Shown here piece after piece: positions 11,030 to 25,105 of a DNA stretch of 64,000 bases (within the stretch, counting starts at the first letter, position 1; each line of letters opens with the position of its first letter). Under the pieces are notes generated by a model. The model saw nothing but the letters and a program-made list of their open reading frames with translations, made no database searches and was not told the origin of the DNA. The translations under genes and the position numbers were made by a program. This DNA is from Convolutriloba macropyga (lineage: Eukaryota): positions 16,120,001 to 16,184,000 of the forward strand of contig NC_134471.1 in assembly GCF_964194025.1 (NCBI RefSeq), given 5' to 3'.

Positions 11030-11635
11030 AGAATAAAAACAGATCAGCGTATGAACAGACAAAAATCTGGTGTAGAATTCAAAAAACATAGCAGGACAAG
11101 TCCGGACGAACAATTCAAAGAATTTTCATTGACCAAACAAAAACTAGACCTAGAACGGACTATGAATGAACCGGGAAAACCGTTTCCGAAAAAATCAGAT
11201 ACAAAATTAAAAAACTGAAAATCATTGTATAAATGCCGCATATGAACAAAAAAACCACTAGCGAGAAAGGGAAATTTGGTTCAAACAAAAAACTAGGCCT
11301 AGAATGAACTATGAATGGATTAGGAAAACCACTTAGAAAAAAATCTGATCGAAAAAATCAACACAACAATAAAAATTAAAGTGAAATTGCCGGATGTGAT
11401 TAAAAAATCACTAGCGAGAAAGCGAATTTTTGTTGAAACACCGTTTTCTCACTCTAATTTAAAATTAGAGCGAAAAAAAATCACGCCGCAAAACCACTCG
11501 CTTTTTCGCTGCACTTTCTGTTTCGGCGTGACCAGAATCACTACTCCAATTTGACTTCAAAAGTCATGATAATGTGTGAAAAGATCTTTAAAAAAGACAG
11601 CGCCCTAATACAATTCAAATTCTTTGAATTGTAAA
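11030..11635 (+). repeat. Further copy of the dispersed repeat family seen at 8450-9665, just upstream of the hydrolase gene
   Basis: Shares AGCAGGACAAGTCCGG, AAAACTAGACC and the GCGAATTTTTGTT..AAACACC..CACTCCAATTTGACTTCAAAA..TACAATTCAAATTCTTT block. Confidence 0.7.
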
Positions 11636-12169
11636 ACGATTGTATACTCAAATGCACATTAATTAAAGTTAAGGCAATTTTAGCTTAAAAAATGACATAA
11701 CTCACCTCAACTGTTAAAGTAAATATGCCGTTCCTAACTAATGCTAACTTTACCTCAATTGCATTGAGATAAAGTTAGCCTTAGTTTCCTCTTAATTTCT
11801 TTCCAACTAATCTTTGAATTATTGGTTGCTTTTAAACAAATGCTTGCAAAAATCTTTTATTTTATAGGTCCCAATCTCAGGTAACATTTTCTGTTAATCA
11901 CTCAAAACGTCTTCCCACAAACTGCTACAAACACTTCTGAAATGTAGAAAAGTAGTTGACCACAACTCACATCGAGTTTTCCTAAGTACAGTGCTAAAAT
12001 AAGCAACAGTCCTAACTTTTCTCCCGAAAGTTAAAGCCTCAACACCGTTTCAAAGGCCTCAACACCTTAACTTTTCCCTAACTCGCCTTAAAATTACCTT
12101 AATTAGGTATCATAACGGTTGTGGTAAATTTGCTTTAACCTATCTTAATTGCTCCGATCCCACTTGTGG

Positions 12170-15100
12170 GGGGAGGAGCAATATACTCAAATGGTTTTTT
12201 TCAGACAATTTTGGCTGATCGATATATTCATCGTAGAGAAATGTGAGTGGTATCATTAAAAAGCTCGTCCAGCGTAGACATCAAAAGTAAAAAGAATTTT
12301 TGATTTTCGTTTTTCGCGATGAGTAATCGAGGATTAAAATTGTGCGAACACGGCATATTTGGCACAATTTTGTTCACTTTTAGAGTAATTTTTCTTCAAA
12401 TTAAGATCTTTTTTACTGAAATATTAAATCAAAATAATATTTCACGGCACAAAATGAAATTATTTTGAGTTTCTAATTGACGAAAACCAATAAACAAGAC
12501 TAGTTCGGGTCTCATAGGGAAGTTTACAATCAAAAAAATTCGAATTCTTTATGAGTTATTTTTTAGAAAACTTTTCATATTTTTTATGTTTTTTGGACAC
12601 CTAGAGACTTACTACTGTTCATATCTAGGATCCGTTGATGACAAACTTGATTTAAAATCAAGTGAAACCCAATGAGCAAAAAAATTCGTTTTCAAGGAAG
12701 CGCTCGTGTCTTCCCCTTTTGGCTTCGACTCTGATTTTTCGTAATTTTAAATTTTATTTTGATTTTCTTTTTGAAGCTCTACTAAATTGTTGGAGTCCTA
12801 CGGCATAGTCAAGTTGACTAAAACTGCAATAGGTTTTGTAAAGAGCATTAAGTGAACCTATCTAGAGCTTTAAATGGATAGCTGGCTGTTAAAACTTTAA
12901 AAATGATCTTTCGAGAAATTTTTTCAACATTAACCAATCATAAACATATATTCGTGAAAAGTAAGTCAGTCTGTGTATTAACAGGACACCTTTCTTTTTT
13001 ATGCAATAAAAATTAATCTGCTGGGCGGTTTTAAATTCTAAAAATTTGCTATATGACTTCAATGCCACAAGATTTCAAAAATTTTTTTTAAAAAATTTAG
13101 GATATTTTCTTGTTATCGAAACCTTGTCCAATTATACTAATTTTGATATCTCCTTTTGGCTTAGCGAAAATTTTCAGTGGATCGCAGATAAAATTTTCAG
13201 AGAAAAGCTTGTGGTTTAAATGGCTTCGACACTTTCTTCTCGCTCTTTTCTACTGAATTTTTCGTTTTTGCCTTTATTTGTTGTATTTTCCATTATCATG
13301 AGAGGTTTTGTGACGTCCTATTGATTACCTAAGCATGACCAAAATCATTTTCCTCCAATGCAGGCATACACTCCAATTGAGCGTATTTATTGACTTCTTT
13401 GAAAGCTATTGATTTTTATGGCTGATTAGACTTTAAAAATAATTATTCGAAATTTTATTTGAAAATTAACCGATCTTAAAATTTTTTTCGAGAACAACTT
13501 TAAGTCAGCTTCAGTAACTACCGGACCCCGTCATTTCTATTTCAACCAAAATTAATCTAGTTAGCGGTTTTATCTTCTAACTATTGGTGTTAAGACTTCG
13601 ATGCACGAGTTTTCATAATTTTTTTAAATTGTTGGATATTTTTTTCGTAATTCAGGTCCCTTTTGGAATCTTAACATATTTTCGTTATATTGATAGTTGC
13701 ACTGGCTTGGAGATGACGTTCAGTGGTTCATACAAAGAGTTTTCAGAAAAAAATTATGGTTTAAATGGCTTCGACATTTTCTTCTCTCAATTTTCTACTT
13801 TTTTTTGGATTTTGCCTGTATTTATGGTTGTTTTTATAGTCAATGACCTATTGTAATGTCTTATTGATGAATTATGAATGACAAACATCTTTTTTGTCTC
13901 ATCGATGGGGTAACTTAGCTTGATTATTAGCTTCCGTTTAAGCTAATGAATTAAATGGCGTTGATACTACGATTCTTCGAAAATTTTCGTGGGTTTAATC
14001 TAATTGTTCATGTTTGTTTATTTATTGGAGTCAATTTTTTTTTTGAAAAAAGAATCCGTTTGCTGTTAAAAAATTATTGAAAGAGGAAAAATTTTTACTG
14101 AAAAATTTATTTTTCAGTGGTTTCGACACTTTTCTTGCTCAATTATTTTTAGAATTGGCTGTTTTTGCCTTTTTTACTCTTTAGGTAGCCGTAAAATGCT
14201 GACCGGCCCTATACGCTTGTAATTGAGGATTGTTTGAATGATGTTACCCAAAGCAATCAATTTATAGCGAATAGTGTTAAATTTTTTGATATTATATATT
14301 TTAAAGAGTTTGAGGATTTTTTTGTCGGTTTTTGTTGTTTTTGTCGTCAAATTGTAACATATTCTCATCATTGAGAGTAAAAATCCAAGTATCTTAAAAA
14401 CTAACCTGAGTTTTGATTTTAAGACTTAACTAATTGTTTGTTGGTTGAACAATATGCGTTTCCATAAAAAAGTTATCTGACTGGTGTATTTTTGACACTT
14501 TTTCTCTTGTTTTAGCACAATCGCGTAATAACAGATCCCAATGATTTTCGACTGTGGCCCAATTGAACTTAAGTATACATTCAGTATAATTTAGCTGATT
14601 TTTATTGCATCACTTATTTGTATGTTCGCAATGTTTGTAATTTTTTGTTGGTTGTTTTTTGAGTTTTTTGCTTCTTTAGTCTGTTCCTATGGCTTAGTCT
14701 AACAAAAGACAGGTCCCATTGGTTTCATTGTGACTTTTTAGTAAATTTGTCAGGAATCATTTCTTTAAAAGCTAATTACTTTTCAGACTTTTGAAATTAT
14801 TTGGTTTAAAAATGTTGATTGATTTTGATTTTCGCCTTATTATTTCGTCATTTTGTCGACTTTTTATCAACTCTCATTAAGGAAAAATCCAATCTGATGT
14901 GTAGTTAGAAAAAAAAAAGTAAATTTGTGTAGTTAGGGTTTTGTCTGATTGTAATTTGACCTTGTTACTAAGTGCTTGAAAAATTAAGATATTGAGTTTT
15001 TCCCGTGGAATTTTTGTTTTTGCTTTTTTGTTGTTGTTCTTTTCTCATAGGCTTTCTAATGGCAGATCACTTTGTAATGGGGCATGGCATTATTTAATTC

Positions 15101-15190
15101 AAAGATTAATTTGGTTGAGTAACGATTTTTTTAACATCAAACATCTATTTATGATTATCTCTTTGCAAAAATGTAAGTCAAAAGACAGTT
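12170..15190 (+). repeat. Decayed, internally repetitive T-rich element (likely old non-autonomous transposon)
   Basis: Recurring degenerate unit TTCAG..AAAA..TGGTTTAAATGGCTTCGACAYTTT at about 13200 and 13745, with weaker copies at about 14115 and 14490. No coding signal. Confidence 0.4.
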
Positions 15191-17199
15191 AAGTCAAAAA
15201 TGTAGATGAGCGCGGGTCGGAATATCATGTGCAAACGCACATTAACGAGCCTCCTTTTGATAATTTACCCTAACTTTTTAGTGTGTTTAAAAGTATTTAA
15301 GAGGTTTTGCGTACACCAAAATATTTTGAAGTGTTAGTGCAGACTAATCGATGGCAATTATCTGTAATTTTAAATTACTGATATTGAAATCGGGTTGACT
15401 TACATAATTCGATCTTTTATTCTGTGAGATCGAAAAAAGGACAAGTTTATATTGATATTGTTAGTTTCATGACGGTACTTAAAGTAATATCTGTTTTAAA
15501 TCGCAACTCAAGAGGTTCTGATATAACCACAATTTGAAATTCATTCACCAGATGTTTGTCAAACACCCTAAAAGCTAAAATGTATTGTTCAAGAAGTATG
15601 TAACTTGCTTGAAAAAGCACAACATTAAAAAGATCTTTCGGGTTTATATATTTTAAATTAATCCTTCTATATGAAAAACAAGGCCATCAAATTTTTCGGA
15701 AAAAATAAAAGGTCTCTGTGTATTTGTGCCATTTTCTGTTTGATTAAATTAACATGACTCCTGACCACAGAACAGCGAGAAGTACAACACAATTGAATTT
15801 TGGTCAATAATATATTAGTTTGTAGAAAGTAGTGGTCTTCAGTTGCCTCGTTTCTCTCATAATCATCTTTGCTCCTCAGTTTCGCTTTATTCATATAAAC
15901 AGTACTAAGGTTTGTTTAAAAATTCAGACGGATAACGTCTACGTATATCACAAGTACTTTATCTCAAATCTCGCTATTTTTGAATTTCAACACAGTTTTC
16001 TCGCACAGCTCAAAAATTATACAAAATTAAAAATTTTTACAAAAGAATTTCAATTCAAATCTGTTGATACCTTAAATTCTAATTTTTCCCTCAGACAGAA
16101 AATTATGTGACTTTATCGTCAGACAAAAACAAATTTTTATATCTCAGACTTGTAGAACTTAGAGATTGTCTCAATTAATTGGCAATGAATGTTTCAGACC
16201 GACAGTTTTTAACCATGACCATTTCAATATTTTACAACAATAATCAAACAGTTATCAAAAAGCCGTCCCCTTTTGAGAGGAAAAAAATGCTTATTATTCA
16301 GAAGCGTGTATTTGGAAAATTTTGTTTTTTTTTTTCAGATGATCACTTCCAAGTTGGACTGAGTTCAGTTTTGCTACGCAAAATGGATCCTCTTTTCAAT
16401 AATGTATACTAATTTTCCAAAAATCAACTCCATCCGATGGTTACAAGTTGAAATCAAAAACACTTAGGTACAGTTCTCAATGAATTTACAAAAAAAACTA
16501 GTTAGCAACAATTTCGCCAATAATCAGCATAGACGTTGACGATTTTGAAATTTCACACAAAAAGATTTTAGCCATTTTTTCTTTGTACTCATCAATCAAA
16601 GATTACCATAGGGAAGAACGTACTTGTAATATCTCGGATCAGGTTAAATTTTTGAACGAGAAATGACACAACTGGTTAGAACGCTTCAGGAGAGGAAATC
16701 GGAAAAAATTTTTGGATTTATTTTCGTTGTATAATAATATTGGGTTTTGCGCTCTGACATTCAAAAATAATTTCTCATTTTAATTGCCCTTGAACTCAGG
16801 GAAGCAATGGAACTTAACTTTAGGTGTTCAATTTTCCTCCTTAGAAAAACGAAAGACAGGCCGGAAGACAGGACGATAAACGGAGAACCAAATAGGATAC
16901 AAATTCCCGCGCACTAATGAAAATGCTACGTTTAGAGAGTGGAAAAAGTAAAACGGCAGATTTAGATTTCATGACCGCCTTCATTTTGCGCTGATTTAAA
17001 TGGACTACTTTATAGTGACTATGTGCTATGTCTTAAGGCAAAAAGCAATATGATTGCAAAAACAGTCCTGCATACTTTTTTTTATCAAAGATGATTGTTA
17101 AAGTTATTGAAAAAACTCTTGAGTGCATTAATTAAGCCAAACATTTTTAGAACACTTGGCTGCATGAGTACAATTTGTTCAGTGTGCATAATCACCCAG

Positions 17200-18130
17200 A
17201 TCGAGGTGTCCAGACCAAAATGACTTCTGATCAGAACATCTTCGAGCGCACAAATGTTCATGGTACCCTCTAATTACATTGTCGGAAAAAGTCTTCCGTC
17301 ATATCTTCGTCTGGAAAATGGTCTGAAAATTGTTTTGTCTGAGGTCACTTTGGTCTTGGACATGCAGATTTAAGCGCACGCTAGTCTTATCAGAAAAAAA
17401 ATTTCAGCGCAATTGGGTCTGATCACAAACTAATTTGAGCGCAACTTTTTTCTGTCAAGCTTTTTTTTGCATTTGTTAATTGCGAGCTGTTTTCTCTGCC
17501 AATAAACAACAATACAGTAGAGATTCATCCCTGATCAGAGGGCCATCGAGAGTCTTTTAGGTCTGTTACCGCTTAACAGAACAAAAGAGTCCAGCTGATA
17601 TTAATTTTCGGTCCCATTAGAAATAACTTTGATTAACTGTTTATCGAGAGGATTTTTTGCATAGCTGTCTAAGTTCATCTACTGAGTCAAAAATTTGAAT
17701 TAATGGTAACCTAAAGTTTTGATATTTGTGTTTTTTTTGTTTTTAGCAAAACTCTTAGTATTGACTTTTCTTTAGTTGAGCATAATGCTGAAAACTTATA
17801 TTTTTGTTAAATCATATATTATAGCGATATTAAGAGATTTGTCTATGTTAAAAACCGTTCTATGCGTATTTTGAACTCACTTATTCTGATACGAGTCCAT
17901 CTCAAGCTCACTGTAGTGTGGTCAGAGGCAATTTTGAGATAGGTCACTTTATTATGACCAGAGGCGGATCCGAGAGCACAGGAATAACTTCTGATCAGGA
18001 ATAACTTTCGAGCGCACGACAATCGGGTCGGAGGAGACTTTCGAGCGCACTTCAAACGCACACGGAATTTCGAGCGCACGATTCTCTTGTCAGAAGTCAA
18101 TTCAATCTGGGAGGAGGGTCTAATCAGAGT
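17200..18130 (+). repeat. Degenerate TTCGAGCGCAC-containing minisatellite relic, related to the 32-bp array at 51400-52010
   Basis: Repeated (T/C)TTCGAGCGCAC and TCTGATCAG motifs at about 17240, 17370, 17435, 18005, 18040 and 18070. Confidence 0.6.
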
Positions 18131-18329
18131 CGACAGTAGTAACAAACCTATACACCTGAACTCACTTTTTGGCTGATTTTCACCCAAACATGTTCGATCA
18201 TGCGCGCGGATGAAAAGTTCTTGGCAATTATTCCCTGTATGTTAGGATTGTTGCCTGAATATGTAATAGACTTACCTTAACTCCATTATTTTAAGTAGAC
18301 AGGTACCTTCTTTGTTTATAAAGAGTAAT

Positions 18330-19390
18330 TACAGAAGCTGGTAAACTGTAGAGAAAACTGTTTTTACGCACGGTAAGGGAGCAATTGACTATGGGGGTAT
18401 CGTGCAATGGGGGTAATGGAGTGGAAATCCCATAAAGATTATAGGGTATAGCTTTTGCATGAGAGTAATAGGTTTTAGCGGTTACATGTAGAGACGCTAC
18501 TTGGTAAATTCCAGAAGTTGAAAATTACATTCCACTTATTGCATGGAGATAAAAGGGTATAGTTTTACCTTGCGGATAAAACACGTAGAACTGATTTTCT
18601 GCAAGCAAATAAAAGAGCAAAGATTTGAATCAGGATAGAAGGAAACAGAATTACATGTGGCTAATAAGGTAAACAAAGTTTGCCATGGGGAAAAAAGGGT
18701 GTAGATTGCAGCCTTTGCATTAATTAATGGGGTGAAGATTTGATTGGGTTTAATAGGGTAAAACATTGCATACTATTTAGCCGAACAAAATTGCCGTTGG
18801 GATAGTAAGATATAGGTTTGACTGTCGGCAAGATAAGGATAAGATTTGGAAAAAAAATATTAGGATTCAGATTTGCATAGGGATAAAAAGATATAGAATT
18901 GTCTTGTTTAGAATGTGGTATAGCTTTGAATAACTACGATATAATATATACAGGAAATAATTTTGAATATCTGCACGCTCGTAACATGGTGAAGATTAGT
19001 ACCCAGATTGCTTGGTTTAGTATTTTATGGAGACAAAAGGGGGTATAGATTCCAATATATGCACACGAGTAAAAAAAAAAGCAAGTGATGATTTGAATCT
19101 TGATGAAAGCTTGTAGTATCAAACAATAATTATAGAGTAAATTTTGCCAGGCAGATAGTACTGTATATAATGGATTATATGCAATTGGGGGGGGACAAAA
19201 AGGTTGAAGATTTGAATCTGAATACTAGGGTATAGTACTGAGTGGAGGTTAAAGGTAGGTTTTATTAAGATACTGTTGTATAGAATTCAATAATAGCAAG
19301 CATGAAATTTGAGTAAACATTTGAGTCGGTAAAGTAGAGTAAGGTTTTGCATGGAAGATAATAGGGTATAGTGTTGCCATTAGAGTAATA
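18330..19390 (+). repeat. Highly decayed ~30-bp minisatellite (ATAAWAGGGTATAG..TTGCATGG-like)
   Basis: Recurrent AGGGTATAG / TTTGCATGG motifs with strand-biased G content. Confidence 0.5.
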
Positions 19391-19399
19391 TACCGGTGC

Positions 19400-22300
19400 C
19401 ATATAATTTTTTAAAGCAAAATTTTAAACATTGGTGAACACTAAGTATTAGTTTTAGTGATATGAAGTACGAAAGAGTCATCAAAGGTCACCTGTACATC
19501 AATATTTTCCTCTCAATGTACAAGTCCTAGAGAAGATTTTCTTAAGTAAAAGCTGATCGTTTAGTAAAAACTAACAAAAAACTACTTAAGAAAACATCAA
19601 TTTTGCTCGCATAACATATTAATGAGTCATCAAAGATCAATTGTACAACAATTTTTTCCTCCTAATGTACAAGTCCTAGAGAAAAATTTCTTAAGGAAAA
19701 GTTGTTCCATTAGTGAAAAATAACACAAATATACTTTAAAAAACATCAATTTTGCTCTTATAACATATGTATGAGTCATCACAGGTCAATTGTACATCAT
19801 TTTTTTCCTCTTACTGTACAAGTCCTAGAGAAAAATTTCTTAAGGAAAAGTTGTTCCATTAGTGAAAACTAACACAAAAATACTTTAAAAAACATCAATT
19901 TTGCTCATATAACATATGTATGAGTCATCAAAGGTCAATTGTACATCATTTTTTTCCCTCTTAATGTACAAGTCCTAGAGAAAAATTTCTTAAGGAAAAG
20001 TTGTTCCATTAGTGAAAACTAACACAAATATACTTTAAGAAACATCAATTTTGCTCACATAACATATATATGAGTCATCAAAGGTCAATTGTACATCATT
20101 TTTCCCCTCTTAATGTACAAGTCCTAGAGAAAAATTTCTTAAGGAAAAGTTGTTCCATTAGTGGAAACTAACATAAATATACTTTAAAAAACATCAATTT
20201 TGCTCATATAACATATGTATGAGTCATCAAAGGTCAATTGTACATCATTTTTTCCTCTTACTGTACAAGCCCTAGAGAAAAATTTCTTAAGGAAAAGTTG
20301 TTCCATTAGTGAAAAATAACACAAATATATTTTAAAAAACATCAATTTTGCTCTTATAACATATGTATGAGTCATCACAGGTCAATTGTACATCATTTTT
20401 TTCCTCTTACTGTACAAGTCCTAGAGAAAAATTTCTTAAGGAAAATTTGTTCCATTAGTGAAAGTTAGCTCGAAACTACTTTAAAAAACATCAATTTTGC
20501 TCTTATGACATATGTATGAGTCATCACAGGTCAATTGTACATCATTTTTTTCCTCTTACTGTACAAGTCCTAGAGAAAAATTTCTTAAGGAAAAGTTGTT
20601 CCATTAGTGAAAAATAACACAAATATACTTTAAAAAACATCAATTTTGCTCTTATAACATATATATGAGTCATCACAGGTCAATTGTACATCATTTTTTT
20701 CCTCTTAATGTACAAGTCCTAGAGAAAAATTTCTTAAGGAAAAGTTGTTCCATTAGTGAAAACTAACACAAATATACTTCAAAAAACATCAATTTTGCTC
20801 ATGTAACATATGTATGAGTCATCAAAGGTCAATTGTACATCATTTTTTTCCTCTTAATGTATAAGTCCTAGAGACAAATTTCTAAAGGAAAAGTTGTTCC
20901 ATTAGTGAAAACTAACACAAATGTACTTCAAAAACATCAATTTTGCTCACATAACATATGTATGAGTCATCAAAGGTCAATTGTACATCATTTTTTCCCT
21001 CTTAATGTACAAGTCCTAGAGAAAAATTTCTTAAGGAAAAGTTGTTTCATTAGTGAAAACTAACACAAAACTACTTTAAAAAACATCAATTTTGCTCACA
21101 TAACATATGTATGAGTCATCAAATGTAAATTGTACATCATTTTTTTTTCTCTTAAAGTACAAGTCCTAGTGAAAAATTTCTTAAGGAAAAGTTGTCACAT
21201 TAGTGAAAACTAACACAAATATACTTTAAAAAACATCAATTTTGCTCACATAAAAATTATATGAGTCATCGAGGGTCACCTGTATATCAATTTTTTCCTC
21301 TTAATGTACAATTCCTAGAGAAAAAGTTCTAAAGGAAAAGTTGTTCCATTAGTGAAAGTTAGCTCGAAAATACTTTAAAAAACTTAAATAAAGCTCACAT
21401 AAAGTATATATGAGTCAGCACAGGTCATTTGCACATCAATTTTTCCTCTTAATGTACAAGTGATAGAGAAAATCGTCTTAGGAAAATGTTGTTTAATTAG
21501 TGAAAGTTAGCTCAAAACTACTTTAAAAAACATCAATTTTGCTCTTATAACGTATATACGAGTCACCAAGGTCAATTGTACATCAATTTTTCCTCTTAAT
21601 GTACAAGTGATAGAGAAAATTGTCTTAGGAAAATGTTGTTTAATTAGTGAAAGTTAACACAAAACTACTTTTAAAAAACTTAAATAAAGCTCACATAAAG
21701 TATATATGAGTCATCACAGGTCATTTGTACATTATTTTTCCCCCTCTTAATGTAGAAGTCATAGAGAAAAATTTCTTAAAAAAAGTTGTTCAATTAGTGA
21801 GAAGTAACACAGAACTACTTTAGGCAAACCTAAATACTGATCACATAAATTAAATATGAGTCATCAAAGTTCATATGTACATAAATTTCTCCTCTTAATG
21901 TACAAGTCATAGAGGAAAATTTCTTAATTAAAGTTGTTTAATTAGTGAAAGTTAACACAAAACTGTTCTAAAAAACTTAAATGAAGCTCAGATAAAGTAT
22001 ACATGAGTAGCACAGGTCATTTGTACATTTTTTTGTTTCCTCTTAGTGTAAAAGTCAAAGAGAAAAATTTCGATAGCAAAAGTTGTTTAATTAGTGAAAA
22101 GTAACAGAGAACTACTTTAGGAAAACCTAAATACTGCACACATAAAGTATATATGAGTCATCAAAGGTCATATGTACATCATTTTTTCCCTCTCAATGTA
22201 CAAGTCATAAAGAAAAATTATTTGAGGAAAACTTGTTCTAATAATGAAAACAAAGGCAAAACTGCTTTGAAAAATGTCAATTGCGCACACATAAAGAATA

Positions 22301-24260
22301 TATATGAATCATAAAAGGTCCTTTTTTCCTCTTAACGTACAAGTCATAGAGAAAAACTTCTTAGGGAAAACTTACTGCTCAGTTAGTGAAAATTAATACA
22401 AAAATGTTATAAAAAAATCAATTTGTCTAACATAGTTGATATATGAGTCATCAAAAGCAACTTGCACATCTTTTTTCCTCATAATGTTCAATTCATAGAA
22501 AAAAATTTCAACAATTTCAAAAAAGAGTCAAAAAAGTTCATTTGTACCTCATTTTTTCTCCTAATTTACAAATCTAGCGGTAAATTTGTTTGCTTGAGGT
22601 TTTTTCCTTAGTGAAAACTACCAATAAAATAATTAAATTTTCAGTTTCGTCCATACAAAATTTCCCAAAAGGTCATTTTTTAATACTTTTTCCTTTTAAA
22701 TTACAATTTCCAGAGAGAAATTTGTTTCCTAGCTAAAACTAAAACAATACTTGAAAAAGCATCAATTTTGTTTACATTAAGTATAAATGAGTCATCAATA
22801 TTTGCTTGTGCATCGCCCCCTCCTAAATATACAAGACCAGAACAAAAAAAATTCTCATGTGAAAGTTGTTTCACGTGTCATCATGTGTCGTCTAAATTAA
22901 TGTGAGAGTCATCATAAGTACATCGTTTTGCACTTAGCTTACTAGTTACAGTGAAAATTTCCTTCTATGAAGTTGTTTTGTATCTGAAAGATAACACAAA
23001 AAACATAAAATTGTATCAATTTTGCTCATAAAAGGTAAATATGAGTATATGTGAAATAAAGTGTTAAAAGTACATCATTTCTTTTACTTAGGGAACAAGT
23101 CCTGGAGAAAAGTACAAGTAAAAAAACGTTCATTTCTGAAAATTAACGCAAGATTTTTTTGAAATGTATTAGTTTGTGTCATAAAAAACATAAAATGAGT
23201 CATAAAAGTTTTATTGTACATCATTTTTTCCCTCTTAAATTACAAGTCGCAGTGAAAAGTTCATAAAATAAAAAACTTTCATTGGTGAAAATTAACAAAA
23301 AAACACTTTACTTTGCATTAGTTCTTTCCATAAAACGTATGTACGAGTCAGCTAACGTCAATGTTCATTTTATTCCACTTGAGGTACAAGTATTGGGGGA
23401 AAGTTCCTTCATTAAAAGCTTTTTTGTAAGTTAAAACTCATTCAAGACTTCTTAAAACTTAACGCAAACTAAAATGAGACTCATTTTTCCCTTCACAAAA
23501 TACAAGACTCTGAGCGAAGCCTTCAGAGACTCTTTTTTTTAAGAAAGTCTCGATCAATCAGCAAAAACTAACGGAAAAATTCTCAGAAGAGTATCAGTTT
23601 TGTTCGCGAAAATGTAAATGAGTCATTAAAAGTCAATTTTAAATCATTTTTCACCCTCTTAAAGTACCCAGAGATTAGATATTTAGAAAAAACTTGTTTC
23701 TTTAGTGAAAACTAACATGCAAACAATTTGAAATGTATTACTGTCGGTAATGTAAATTATATATGCGTCATCAGTATGTGTAATTGTACGTCATTTTTAA
23801 TCCGCTCAATATACATGTCCCGGAGAAATAATTCCTAAGTAAAAGTTGATTCATGCGGAAAAATTATTTAAAATATTTCAAAATGTATGAAGCTCGGTCA
23901 TATAAACTATAAATGAGTCATTACTAGTAAACAATAAATCATTCATTATCTTTCAATGTACAAGCAGTAGAGTGAAACTTAATCAATGAAAGTTAGTATT
24001 CTGAAAAGAAAAAAAATATTCAAAGGAACATCTATTTTATGCACTTACATTACATATGATTCATCCGGGGCTCAGACGTACACAATCTCAGATCACATAA
24101 TGTACAATAGTACGGCAATTTTTTGAAAACTTTTTTTACTAGAAAGTGGTTTTGAATGTAAATTCTTCAATGGAAACTTAAAAAATTTCACTTTTGTGCT
24201 CATTGTCGAGAAAGAAATGTTCGATTGTTTATAGTTTCCCATCTTTCAAGGTACAAGTGT
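19400..24260 (+). repeat. 149-bp tandem satellite array, about 30-32 units
   Basis: GAGTCATC recurs at 19475, 19624, 19773, 19922, 20072, 20221 and onward (period 149-150). Homogeneous core at about 19620-21200, progressively decayed to the right. Confidence 0.97.
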
Positions 24261-24294
24261 TATACCAAAATATACCTATTGATAACTTCCACCA

Positions 24295-24905
24295 ACTCAC
24301 ACCAAACTGTGTTACAGATTACTATGCATGAGTTGGAATTAACCGATGTACGTCTGACTCAGTGTTAATTTTTTTTGTATAAGTAGCTAGAAGACACCAA
24401 CACTCAAGAGTTTTTCAAAAAAAGTCCGGAATTTGTTTCCAAAATTGGTAGACAAAGGATTTGTTGTTGTTGATTGTGCAAACTGGTTTTTCGTAACGTA
24501 ATTATAACGAAACAAATTTACGCACTTGCAACTAAAATCATTATTTTTTTCTTTTTTGAAAAACGAAGCAAGGAACCATGCATGCACTTAGAGTTCTATT
24601 TGGTAGGTTTTCGTGCAAGCATGGTTCATTGCTTCGTTTTTCAAAAAAGAAAAAAAATAATGATTTTAGTTGCAAGTGCGTAAATTTGTTTCGTTATAAT
24701 TACGTTACGAAAAACCAGTTTGCACAATCAACAACAACAAATCCTTTGTCTACCAATTTTGGAAAAAAATTCCGGACTTTTTTGAAAAACTCTTGAGTGT
24801 TGGTGTCTTCTAGCTACTTATACAAAAAAAATTAACACTGAGTCAGACGTACATCGGTTAATTCCAACTCATGCATAGTAATCTGTAACACAGTTTGGTG
24901 TGAGT
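24295..24905. repeat. Near-perfect inverted repeat (293-bp arms, 25-bp spacer) truncated by the gap
   Basis: 24295-24587 is the reverse complement of 24613-24905, with 3 mismatches that I could see. Confidence 0.95.
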
Positions 24906-25105
24906 NNNNNNNNNNNNNNNNNNNNNNNNNNNNNNNNNNNNNNNNNNNNNNNNNNNNNNNNNNNNNNNNNNNNNNNNNNNNNNNNNNNNNNNNNNNNNNN
25001 NNNNNNNNNNNNNNNNNNNNNNNNNNNNNNNNNNNNNNNNNNNNNNNNNNNNNNNNNNNNNNNNNNNNNNNNNNNNNNNNNNNNNNNNNNNNNNNNNNNN
25101 NNNNN
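24906..25105. other. Assembly gap (200 N)
   Basis: Run of exactly 200 N, probably an arbitrary scaffolding gap size. Confidence 1.

Noticed and set aside
19400-24260. 149-bp array as a CRISPR or coding repeat
   Set aside because: Whole units are repeated with no spacers, and there are no long ORFs.
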